Shown here one piece after another: positions 36,767 through 47,947 of a stretch of DNA of 47,947 bases. How positions within the stretch are numbered: position 1 is the first letter of the stretch; each line of letters opens with the position of its first letter. The stretch covers positions 58,387,678 to 58,435,624 of the forward strand of contig NC_068994.1 in assembly GCF_001194135.2 (NCBI RefSeq), given 5' to 3'. The position numbers and the translations under genes are program-made. This DNA is from Octopus bimaculoides. Its lineage: Eukaryota. Below the pieces are notes generated by a model that was given only the letters and a program-made list of their open reading frames with translations, made no database searches and was not told where the DNA came from.

Positions 36767-37729
36767 ATGCGTGTCTGTGTGTGAGAAACATGCCAATAAG
36801 TACAAAGTACAAAGCAGTTTTGTGGAAGGTGAGCCAAAGGAGGTCAATATTAATTAGGCAGAGGGGATTGAGTGACAGGGGGTAGGGAGTGCTGGAACTA
36901 ATTAACTAATCTTTGATGTTTTCCCCACATTATTGACAATTTGAATAGGGGTCACTTGGTAGGTGTGTGGTGTAATGGTGGTTGCTGTGCTTATTGTGTT
37001 GTTGTGGTGGTGGCGGCGGCGGTGGCGGCGGTGGTAGCGGTGGTGGTGGTGGTGGTGGTTAGTGGTGGACATTGTGGCACTGATGTTAGTGTTATTGTTG
37101 TTGGTGGTGGTGGTAGTTGTATGGTCAAAATGGTTGTAGTGGTGGTGGTGGAAGTGATAGTGTCTGATGTAGTAGAAGACATATTTGTGATGATGATGAT
37201 GTGGTGGCAGTAATGATGTTAATCAACCACATATTGTGGAAGGGTGTCAGAAAACCATTGGTGTTGATTGAATATCAATTGGAAGAGAACAGTGGCCCTC
37301 ATTGACTTTTGACCCTCTGATCCCAGTCTGTTTACCCAGTCTATTCCCTCTGTTCAACATACACAAACCCTGGTTCTAACACACCTCTCCCTCAATCCTT
37401 ACTAACGTCTGACCCCCCGTATTCCTTCTCTTCAATATACATTCCCCACCTCAGCTTTAATAAACCCCAACCCTTCATTCTCAAAGAGACAGTATTTTTC
37501 TTAATTACTTGTAGGGACCCCATATTTCATTTTGCAATCATAATATTCTATGAAGTATATCAAAGGCTTATAAATCAATATTATTATTATGTCCTAGCTG
37601 TGTTAGCAGTGCAATTCAATCACATTTTAAAGTTATCTCAACATATTTTCTACAGAAATTAGAACCAGCATCTATATACTACACAAATATTTTAAAGGCT
37701 TATTTGCTGGCTCTCATTTCTATAGAAAA

Positions 37730-37895
37730 TATTCTTTCTTTTATTTTTTATTTGTTTCAGTCATTTGACTGCGGCCATGCTGGAGCACCATCTTTAGTCA
37801 ATCAAATCGACCCCAGGACTTATTCTTTGTAAGCCTAGTACTTATTCTATCGGTCTCTTTTGCTGAACCGCTAAGTTACAGGGACGTAAACAAAC
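37730..37895 (-). mobile_element. SINE family B 3' half
   Basis: ttcagtcatttgactgcggccatgctggagcacc...gctgaaccgctaagttac; similar halves at 32915-33060, 34790-34960, 40240-40395 and 47455-47585. Confidence 0.8.
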
Positions 37896-38379
37896 GTTGA
37901 GATAACTTTAAAAAGTCTTTTTCTTGTTTCTCCATTTAGATGGAATGTGACCATAACATCACTATAAGCTGTGTCCTTTTTGTCCCAATCTGCTCAGACA
38001 TTCTCAGCTTTCTTCTGGATTGTTCCGGTGCCTTGACTCCTTTCCTTACAAGATTCAGTTCAATAAGTCTCTCAGATGCAAGATCCCCTCATGAATCTGG
38101 ATTGATGTCAAAATATTTGGGGGAAGCCTGGTGAAAGCATTTGTGCTTTTCACTGGACTGTAACCCATGACCTTCAAAACACAGTCTGTCTATCTATTTG
38201 TACACGTAGAACACTAGCACAGCTAGAGTGTGTGCCACCCAGACAGCCCTTCTATTTGCTTCCCCTGGACCCTACAAAAGCATATATTGTCTACAGCAGA
38301 CCCAAAAGCGGTGCCCCTTTAAAAGTGCCACGTGGGGGGACGGTTTCTACACCCATCCAGCTAGGCTAGTGATCTAGAA

Positions 38380-38548
38380 CAGTCACAAGCAAATTCCAGC
38401 CTGTGGGCTACATGCTGCCTGGAGGATTTCCTCAATGACACACCTGACAAAAAACAAATTACCTGAATTTTTTTTTACTAATGTGATCCATCTGATGATG
38501 AGTCACGTCTCGTGCAGCCTATATCTTTGAAAAGGTTGCCCTTGCCTG
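38380..38548. mobile_element. hAT-Charlie-type MITE with 8-bp TSD
   Basis: Flanked by ATCTAGAA / GTCTAGAA (NTCTAGAN Charlie target consensus); ends CAG...GCAA / TTGCCCTTGCCTG. Confidence 0.65.
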
Positions 38549-38654
38549 GTCTAGAACTGTGAGAAATATGATTCACTCTATATGTGCCTGGGGCAACTCT
38601 CCAACAACAACAGAAACACTAGCTCCTAGTTAGCCAATAAGGGATCTTCAATAT

Positions 38655-38908
38655 CAGTGCTTCTGAACCAGGGACCATATGACTCTTGAGAGTCCACATA
38701 AGATTTTGTTGCTAAAATCTATGTGCAATAAACTGGTTGTACTTCTATGATACACAAAACATTTTTTACAATCTTTTTATACAATTGATAATATTTAATT
38801 TTAAAATATAAAGGGATTTTTTAAACATTGAATGGTTATGAGGGTCCATTGGAGTAAAACAGAAATCACAGGAAGTCCATAGGCAAAAAAAATGGTTCAG
38901 AACCACTG
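38655..38908. mobile_element. hAT-Charlie-type MITE
   Basis: 15-bp TIRs CAGTGCTTCTGAACC / GGTTCAGAACCACTG (14/15 match). Confidence 0.75.
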
Positions 38909-39303
38909 CTTCATAGAGTCAGTCAACCACCAAGAAATAACAGCAGGCTGTTACTCATATTGTACTTTACTGTCTTGAAGCAGAAAGGAGACGTTTTAAA
39001 ATGTAACTCCATAATGTTTAAACTTAGAACTGGTGGGCCATATTGGAATGTCATTGATTTGTTGGATAATGACTGATATGGTGCTAAACAATAACAAATA
39101 TCAACCACACAACCTCCTTCCTCACCACCACCACCACCATAAACACACAAACAGACATAGCAGAGAATAAAGGAGGATGGGGTATTTGGTGGGGAGGTGT
39201 TGCAGGAAGAGGGAGGTTATTGTGTACAATTCACATTGACAAATCTCTTTCTCTTGTTAAACCTGTTCTACCAACACACACACAAACGTATGTGTGCGTA
39301 AGT

Positions 39304-39358
<55 letters not shown>

Positions 39359-39477
39359 GAGAGAGAGGGGGGAGAAAGAGAGAGAGAGAGAGCTTTCTTC
39401 CTTATCTTTTTGAGAATATATATAGTTCTTTATGCTATGTATGTATGTACATATGTATATATACATATATGCATAAT

Positions 39478-39508
<31 letters not shown>

Positions 39509-39581
39509 CACATACATATATATATTTCACATACATACATACGTACGTACATACATAGATACATACATACATACATACGTA

Positions 39582-39623
<42 letters not shown>

Positions 39624-39769
39624 TATATACTTTCCCACCTACATCTAGAAGTCAGGTGTAAAGAAGAAATACAGCTAACAATGTAGATACATATGTATGT
39701 GTGTGTGTATGTATATATATATATATATGCATGTATGTGTGTGTATATATATATATATATATATGTGTT

Positions 39770-39804
<35 letters not shown>

Positions 39805-39967
39805 GTACACATGTTTGTTCAGTTGTTTATTTTGAGAATGTGGAGGAAAACCAAACAATGGCATTGTAGAGTAACATTAGACATTAACATAAANNNNNNN
39901 NNNTCTACAAGAAAAATACAAGAAGAAACTTCCACTCAGATTCCAAAAGAGAAGAGTTGATCTAAGG

Positions 39968-40090
39968 CAGTGTTTCCCAACCATTCTTTTGCCGATGGAA
40001 CCTTCTGGTTCCTATTTTACTCGGAGGGACCCTCCAGACCAGTCAATATTATTATATTTCTATAATTAAATACTATTAGGGGTTTTATTT
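39968..40090. mobile_element. hAT-Charlie-type MITE left end
   Basis: CAGTGTTTCCCAACC TIR; interrupted by a SINE at about 40100. Confidence 0.4.
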
Positions 40091-41462
40091 TTTTAAATTG
40101 TTGAGTGGCTGTGTGGTAAGTAGCTTACTTACCAATCACATGGTTCCGGGTTCAGTCCCACTGCATGGCACCTTGGGCAAGTGTCTTCTATTATAGCCTT
40201 ATGTCTTTTCCAGTGGCAGCAATGTTGTCACAAATATCTTTTATTTTGTACCTGCTTTAATCACTAGACTGTGGCCATGCTGGGGCACTATCTTGAAGAA
40301 TTTTTAGTCAAACAAACCAACCACAGGGCTTGTTTTCATTTTTAAGCCGTGTACTTATTCTATCGATCTCTTGTGCCAAACTGCTAAGTTCTAAGTGGGT
40401 GCTTTTTTTACATGCCACCAGCACAGGGGCCAGAGGGGGCTGGCATTGGCCATGATTGGATGGTGCTGTTTACAGGAGGAGGATGATGACGACAGCAACG
40501 ATGATGAGGAGGACAATGGCGGCGGTATCGACGACGGTGACAATAACAACGATGATGATGATGATGACGACGACGACGACGACGACGGATAGATATGTAC
40601 TTTTGGTTTCTGCAGTCTTCATCTCAATTAATTCCACTCTTTGAAGCTATGGTAGAAGACAATTTCCCAAAGAACTGCCGAGTGGGATCAAGCTTATAAC
40701 AAACATGGCTGTGAAAAGAACTTGTCAACCAGACAGCCATATCTGGACTCAATACAGCGTCTGTTGTGAGACTAAGATTTTGGTCAATTCCATAATTGTC
40801 TCACATGTCCATACTTCTTGTGCCATAAACCACACTTAAAACAGGGTCCAGGGGATGTTTTCTAAGGATCCTTTAAATGGTTTCAGTGAATAGATTGTGG
40901 CCATGCTGGAGTTTGGTCTTTGACAAAAGTACATTTTAGGGAAATTATTGTACCATTCCAATTACCATTGTGAATGAGTCAGTGTTTGGTATGAAAGGAG
41001 ATAACTCCATCACACTTCATCACCACCAGGTAATGACTGAGGATTAGACTTAAAACACCACCAGGTATGTCTCTGAGGTTCGCAGGTGGGAGGGGGTCAC
41101 TGTTCTGAAAAAAATGTCTGAGAAAAATTGCAGACTTTTTTTTTCAATTACCTGTGTCATACAGACATATATATATGTGCATGGAATGTGTGTGTGCATG
41201 TATACACACTTATACAAAACACACACACACACACACATATCAGTGTGAATGTGTGTATAGATGGCAAGATGGATGGATGGACAGACAGACAGACAGACAG
41301 ATAGCTTCAAAGTTGTTGAGTAGCTGACAATAGGACTAGACCTAACTTTATTTGTATTTAATATTCAGAACACTGGACTGAGGTATTTTCCCTTGGTAAT
41401 ATTACAATATATACAGGCATTCTTACATACATACATACATACAAACGTATATAAATCTGTTC

Positions 41463-41515
<53 letters not shown>

Positions 41516-42335
41516 GTATGTATATGTATATGTATATATGCACTTACTCGTGCATACACACACACACGCGTTTACATGGAGAGAGTTTTTTGAAGTCACA
41601 TCTCATCATAACATCTGAAAATCTAAAAACAAAAGACATGTTAATTCAAAATACCCAGAATGAAGGGGAGGGTCTGCTGTGTCTCTTTCAATGTGTGTAT
41701 GTGTGTAGTGCGTATGTGTGTGAATGTGTGCCTGTTTATAAATATACATGTGTGTCTGTGTATGTGTGTGCATGTGTGTGAATGTATTTCTGTTCGTGTG
41801 AGAATACATATATATATATATATGTACATATGTATATACTTATATTATTTACATACACACACATATATATATATATATATACACATGTACTTTCTCTCTC
41901 TCTCTTACACACACACATGCACTTTGTGTGTGTGTGTGTGTGTGTGAACAGAGTGTACATACATGTGTGTGCGTGTGTGTGCATATGTATGTGATTAGAT
42001 ATGTTTTTGCCAGTGTATTTGTGTGTCTGGGTGTGTGGTTGTATTTTAATTAATTCATTAGCCAGTAATCAAGATAATTTATCACAGAGACAGTCAGACT
42101 TTTTTCAAGGTAAGTTCATTTAATCAATCAATCAAGCTCTATTTTCTTATATCTGACTGTCTTCTATCTATCTTACTGTCTGTCTGCCTATATATATATA
42201 TATATATATATATCTGTTTGGCTGTCAGTCTGTCTGTCGATGTCTGTCTCTCTATCTGTCTAACTGTCTGTCTGTCTGACTGTATGTATGTATGTCTATC
42301 TCTTTCTATTTCTGTATCCTCATTTCTTTTCAGCT

Positions 42336-42371
<36 letters not shown>

Positions 42372-42600
42372 ATATATATATATATATATATATATNNNNN
42401 NNNNNNNNTATATATGTGTGTCTATGTCTATCTGTCTCTTTGCCTATTAATCTATCAATTCTTCCATCCAGTTAGCTTTTTCCTATGTATAACATTGCAA
42501 TTGATATGTTCTTATATGCCAATCCACTTGTGGCCTTCCAGCAACACTTGTCATATTTAGGTGGAATTCAGTTTTCTAAATGTTAAAACAACATGCATAC

Positions 42601-43800
42601 ATTCAAGGTGCATAAGATATCCTAGAACAGATTTATGTTTATAAAGAAAAAAAATCAGATGTATAATAACAGATAATAACTTTATTTATCAAAAAATGCT
42701 GAGGATAAAAATAAACCTTCTTTTCTGTAATGTTAGTCAATAAAGCCACCTTCAGCTTCAACAACTGCTTCTATATGAGATCTAAATCATCTACAGGCTC
42801 GAATCAAGCGGTCCCGGTTCATTTTGGACATTACTCAAACTAAGGCAGCTTTCAAAGAATCTTTGGTGTTATGGGTGTGTTCATTGACCCCTCTCTCAAC
42901 AATGCTCCATGTGTAATAGTCCAATGGATTGAGATCTGGGGAACTTGTAGGCCAAATGTTAAGGGTTATGTGATCATGAAAATTTTCAGCCATCCATTCC
43001 TGTGTTACTAGAACCATGTGTGATAGGGCAGAGTTTTACTGAAACACATATGACCTTCCATTGCATACACTGTCTATCCAGGGCTTAACAATTATTTCCA
43101 GGACCTCAATGTTGGTGGCAGAGTTAACTCTAAGGCCTTGTGGAAATAAGTGAGGAGGCATCATCTGTCCTTCATTGCTGACAACCTCTAAAACCATGAC
43201 AGTTGCAGGAAATTTTGTATGCATAACACTTGTAACTTCAGAAGGGTCTGCACATAACCGTCTCATTTCTTCTGTTAACTTTTTGGTATTGGTTGAAGTT
43301 TTTCTCGTTTGAGAAAAACCAAATCAAATCTTCTTCTGCTGGATTTTTCAGTCTATTTAAGAACCTTTTAGATCTGATGTAGTGATTTTCTTTTGCCTTT
43401 TCGGACAAATTGACCTTTCCTCATCATAAAAGACTTATAGCTCATGTCTTCGTGGACAACATTTCTGACTGTTCCTTGTGACACATGGAGTTCTTTTGCA
43501 ATTGACCTCATGGACTTTCTGGGATTGTAATCAATGGTCTGTTGAACTTATTGGATAAATTCAGGTCTTCTGATGGTTTCAGAGCGTTTAGAATGCATTT
43601 TATGCTTTGTTACTGGTGATACGTTTCCATCTTCAGTCTCTAACTCCTTACAAACTTTGTAGATGAACGATCTGGCAACTTTTGAAAATCGAGATATTTC
43701 TAAATCGCTATACTCCACCTTTATAACCACAATAACAGCATGCCTCTTCAGTTTTTGAGTAAGCTGAGGGTCTGCCATTATTATTTCCTGAAAGAAAGAT
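42601..43800 (-). mobile_element. Degenerate near-full-length Tc1/mariner DD37D (maT-type) transposon
   Basis: Minus frames give an N-terminal HTH (KRHAVIVVIK..SDLEIS), TKFPATVMVL, MPPHLFPQGL, YVFQ*NS...WPTSSPDLNPLD with 37 residues between the degenerate D2 (now N) and D3, and C-terminal EAVVEAEGGFID*; multiple stops and frameshifts. Confidence 0.9.
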
Positions 43801-43865
43801 TATACAGAGTTAGCAAAAAATGCAGCAATGACCCCAAAAAAGGTATGTCCTCAAATACATTATGC

Positions 43866-43902
<37 letters not shown>

Positions 43903-44279
43903 TCTGCATTACCACACCCCCTGTGATATGTCTGTACAACAACTGTCTTATTCTCCTGAAATAAACCATCATCATCTGCATCATCATCGTCGTCGTCATC
44001 ATCATCGTCATCATCACCATCATCAATGTCTCTAGCCAATGACAGAGTCACTATGTAGCTGCTCTGTAAGAAAGAAACTGCAGACACATCTTCCCCAAGT
44101 CACATGCAGCTGTCTTCAAAGAAAGCAAAACCATGTCAGATTCTGCAGTCTGTTCAGAAGATGGAATTGTAACAATAAGAACGGGTTCCATCACATGTCT
44201 GGTCTGTCGACCGGTTCCAGGGCTGAGCTCAGCCTAAAACATCACCAGCTGCAATGTATTGAGTCCTACTCCAGTTCCA

Positions 44280-44410
44280 TCCTCGACTTTGCCTTTCATT
44301 CTTTTAGGGTCAATTAAATTAGTACCAGTTACGCACTGGGGTCTGTGTAATTGACTTAATCCCTCCCCACCCCAAGATGCCCTTGTGGCAAAAATTTGAA
44401 ATCATTATTA
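44280..44410 (+). mobile_element. SINE family A 3' half
   Basis: cgactttgcctttcattc...agtaccagttacgcactgggg. Confidence 0.7.
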
Positions 44411-44894
44411 TTTTTAGGATGCCAAGTTGGCACAATTGTTGGAATACTGGACCAAATTCTTGGTGTCGTTTCATCCCCCTCCCCACACTCAATGTGTCAA
44501 ACGCTGTCAAGATCAATGTTACCTTTCGCTCGTTTGGCGTTGATAAAATAAGTAACGATCAAATACTGATGTTGTTGTTGTAACTGATTTGCACCCCCCT
44601 CCCCCTCAAATTTGCTGGATTTGTATCAAAATTAGAAAGAATTATCTTTTATTAGTTAACAAATATTTTCTTTTTTTTTTTTTCCTCATTCAATACAACA
44701 AGATTTGGTGTTTTTTATTGCCAGTCATTGCAATAAACTTTCAGCAACGGCCTTGTAACCAAATTAGAAAGTTATTCTTCTTCTTTTAACTTAGGTTTTG
44801 TTGGAATTCCTGGAATCTTACATGAGAAACGGGTTTGCTACCTGCAGCCAACAATACCCTGCTATCTGTTCTTTTGGCATCCTGAGGGATGACC

Positions 44895-45098
44895 TCGATA
44901 GATAGATTTTTACTAGTTTCAGTCATTAGACTGCGACCATGCTGGGGCATCGCCTTGAAGAAATTTTAGTTGAATGAATTGACCCCCAGGACTTTTACTT
45001 TTTGAAACCTGGCACCTATTCTGTCAGCCTCTTTTGCTGTACCACTAAGTTATGGAGGTGTAAACATACCAAGAAACAGTGGTGGAGGAAAAACACAG

Positions 45099-45141
<43 letters not shown>

Positions 45142-45303
45142 TATATGTACGATAGGCTTTTCCATCTACCACCTTCACTCACAAGGCTTTGGTCGACCCA
45201 GGCTATAGTAGAAGACACCTGCCCAAGGTGCCACACAGTGGGACTGAACTCAGAACCATGTAGTTCCAGGTTCCAACTTCTTATCACACAATCACGCCTG
45301 CAC
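44895..45303 (-). mobile_element. SINE family B copy, reverse orientation
   Basis: Tail at 44895-45070, (CA)n, head/core at 45155-45303. Confidence 0.8.
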
Positions 45304-45707
45304 CAATATAAATATACAAATATAAATATTTGCATATTTATATTTGAGATGTCAAATTATGTAAGTTATTGTTGACTCCACATACAGAACTTTGATCTCA
45401 CTCACCAATAACCTTGAGCTACCCCCATCACCACAGCCACCCACCCCTCTTCATACCTTCATTCCACAATTCTTGCCATGCTGTTGAAATTCTTGTGAAA
45501 TACCAGAAATTGATGTCTGTTTTGACATGCTTTGACTGCCAGAAGGAAACAGCCATAGGTTTGCTTCTCTTTCACGAGGTATAACAAGCTCTATATTTGA
45601 AACCAATACCAGTCGTGTGTTGTGACAATCATGCCTTACCCAATGCTGTTAGTAATACTAATAAAGCAAAACAAAAAAAAGGCATCAGTAAAGGTCTACA
45701 GCCATAT

Positions 45708-46098
45708 GTGTAGGAGTGGCTGTGTGGTAAGTAGCTTGCTTCCCAACCACATGGTTCTGGGTTCAGTCTCACTGTGTGGCACCATGGGCAAGTGTCTTCT
45801 GCTATAGCCTCAGGCTGACCAAAGCCTTGTGAGTGGATTTGGTAGACGGAAACTGAAAGAAGCCCGTCGTATTTATATATGCCTGTATGTGTGTGTGTTT
45901 GTGTTTGTACCCCCATTGTTGCTTGACAACTGATGTTGGTGTGTTTACGTCCCCGTAACTTAGCGGTTCGGCAAAAAGTTACTGATGGAATAAGTACTAG
46001 GCTTACAAAGAATAAGTCCTGGGGTCGATGTGTTTGACTAAAAGTGGTGCTCCAGCATGGCCGCAGTCAAATGACTGAAACAAGTAAAAGAGTAAAAG
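45708..46098 (+). mobile_element. tRNA-derived SINE family B (CORE-like), complete copy
   Basis: A-box TGGCTGTGTGG, B-box GGGTTCAGTC, CORE-like atgggcaagtgtcttc (ccttgggcaagt in other copies), internal (TG)n, tail ggtgctccagcatggccgcagtcaaatgactgaaacaagtaaaaga; possibly an octopus OR-type SINE (recalled, unverified). Confidence 0.85.
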
Positions 46099-46578
46099 TT
46101 CCTGGACATTCAGCCCTGACTCAGCAATTTGTCCCAACAAATTCAATCGGTCGATAAGAAACGAATAACAAATACCGAATATATCCAATTCAATTATGGA
46201 TTGAGACTGAAGGTCTGGAAATATCAGATAGGGATTTAGGAACTCTACCATTCCAAACCAATTGTAAAAAGCTAATTGCAAAATATGAAAAATATGATGG
46301 AAAAGCTAAAACTTGAACATAACTGTGTATTTAATGAAGCATGTGTGTGTGTGTGTATTGATAGATATACACGCATATATATATATATACATTTATAGAT
46401 ATATGTATAAATATATGTATATATGTATAAATATATGTATATAAATATATGTATATATATATATGTATATATAATAATATTAGGGACAAAATCCAAAATT
46501 ACAGGTAAAAAACTCAATTAAAATCAATTTATAAAAAATTAAAATTAAATTGAGCCTTATAGATAAAGTATATATAAA

Positions 46579-46731
46579 ATATATAGTTTTAGGGAAAATA
46601 ACCAATATTCAAGAACTCATCGATGAAAATCCACTACCACATATAGAAAAATTATTAATTTTTCTATATGTGGTAGTGGATTTTCATCGATGAGTTCTTG
46701 AATATTGGTTATTTTCCCTAAAACTATATAT
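46579..46731. repeat. Perfect inverted repeat: two 76-bp arms with a 1-nt spacer
   Basis: Checked base by base: 46579-46654 is the exact reverse complement of 46656-46731. Confidence 0.95.
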
Positions 46732-47194
46732 ATATGTATATATATATATATAACGTCATAGTTTGTCAATAAAAGACAAACAAAATAGTCAGAACATGTC
46801 TTAATAAAATACTTTTCTTTGCAACTGAAAGCTACCAATGAAGACTGTCTTCTTTTAGTGCTCAGATTGGTTTTATCTAGGGTGGAACAGGACAATAATT
46901 TATCTGTACATTATATTTCAGTTCCTGCTATCTTGAAGCTGTTTCTCCAAACTTATCAATCTCAATATCATTTCCTATTGGACAGTTTAGAAATCATTTT
47001 GTCATCACTTGTCCTCTTAATAATCTCTTTTATCTTTTATTTGCTAAGCCTGAGTCATGTTTTACTAGAGTCGTTTTGTGCTGGGATCTCTTAAATCATT
47101 TCGGATCCTATTTAAATATAGATATTGTTCCTTCTACAATCTCAGTTGCAGGAAAAATTGAGTCACAAGAACAACATTTCAGGTCATCCATTTA

Positions 47195-47393
47195 TCTATC
47201 TATCCATCCAGCTATCTGTCTGTCTATCTGTCTGTCTATTTGCCTGTCTATTTGTCTGTCTGCCTGCCTAGCTGTCTGTGTCAGTCTATCTATTTGTCTG
47301 CCTGTCTGTCCATCCGTCCGTCCGTCTGTCTATCTATCTATCTATCCATCCATCCATCCATCTATCCGTCCATCCGTTTGTCCATCTGTCTAA

Positions 47394-47430
<37 letters not shown>

Positions 47431-47450
47431 CATCCATCCATCCATTCACC
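47195..47450. repeat. Compound TCTA/TCTG/TCCA tetranucleotide satellite
   Basis: Direct reading; similar at 24380-24447 (TAGA)n and 42160-42395. Confidence 0.95.
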
Positions 47451-47587
47451 CATCCGGTTCGGCAAGAGAGACTGATAGAATCAGTACTAGGCTTACAAAG
47501 AATAAGTCCTGAGGTCGATTTACTCGACTAAAGGCGGTGCTCCAGCACGGCCACAATCAAATGACTGACACAAGTAAAAGAACAAAA

Positions 47588-47618
<31 letters not shown>

Positions 47619-47947
47619 TATATCATATTGCATGGCCATTGTTAACGCACATTGGTTATGTGATATGGAAACTGCAGGCTTTCTGTTCATGTTACACTGG
47701 TCATGTGTCACTGAGAAGCAACTGAGCTGAGTGGGAATGAGACTACCAGCCACACAGACGGTGGGAACGAGGAAGGCAAGGAAGAGGGTCAAAACTACAA
47801 TCAGGACTCTCTGAAATTTGTAAAGTTCTGTAAGGTAGGTCAATGCTGTTGTACATTCCTAGTTTTACCCCCCCCCCCCACACACACTGATCTCAATTCT
47901 GTTCAGTGGAATATTCTGCAGGGGTCACTAAAAATAGTCTGTAATAT

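Overview
Eukaryotic, microsatellite-dense draft-assembly DNA with seven N gaps. The repeat landscape (tRNA-derived SINE families, DD37D transposons, CA/TA/CATA/TAGA tracts) points to an octopus/coleoid cephalopod genome; this is an inference. The only confidently identified gene is a complete 13-coding-exon SMU1 (spliceosomal WD40 protein) on the minus strand, 19581->7157. I reconstructed every exon with GT-AG boundaries and consistent phases; the CDS totals 1542 nt = 513 aa + stop. A second, unidentified plus-strand gene is represented by a 1.1-kb acidic, low-complexity exon (30752-31868) ending in a perfect GTAAGT donor. The rest is transposon-derived or simple repeat: at least four SINE/SINE-like families, three DD37D (maT-type) Tc1/mariner relics, hAT and TA-target MITEs, an RTE LINE fragment, an RLE-type LINE fragment and a possible solo LTR. 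Most ORFs in the six-frame track are microsatellite or N-gap artefacts. I found no convincing novel multi-gene system. The best leads are the orphan exon, a perfect 153-bp palindrome, a pre-miRNA-like hairpin in SMU1 intron 9, a shared deletion derivative of a DD37D transposon, and modular SINE architecture.
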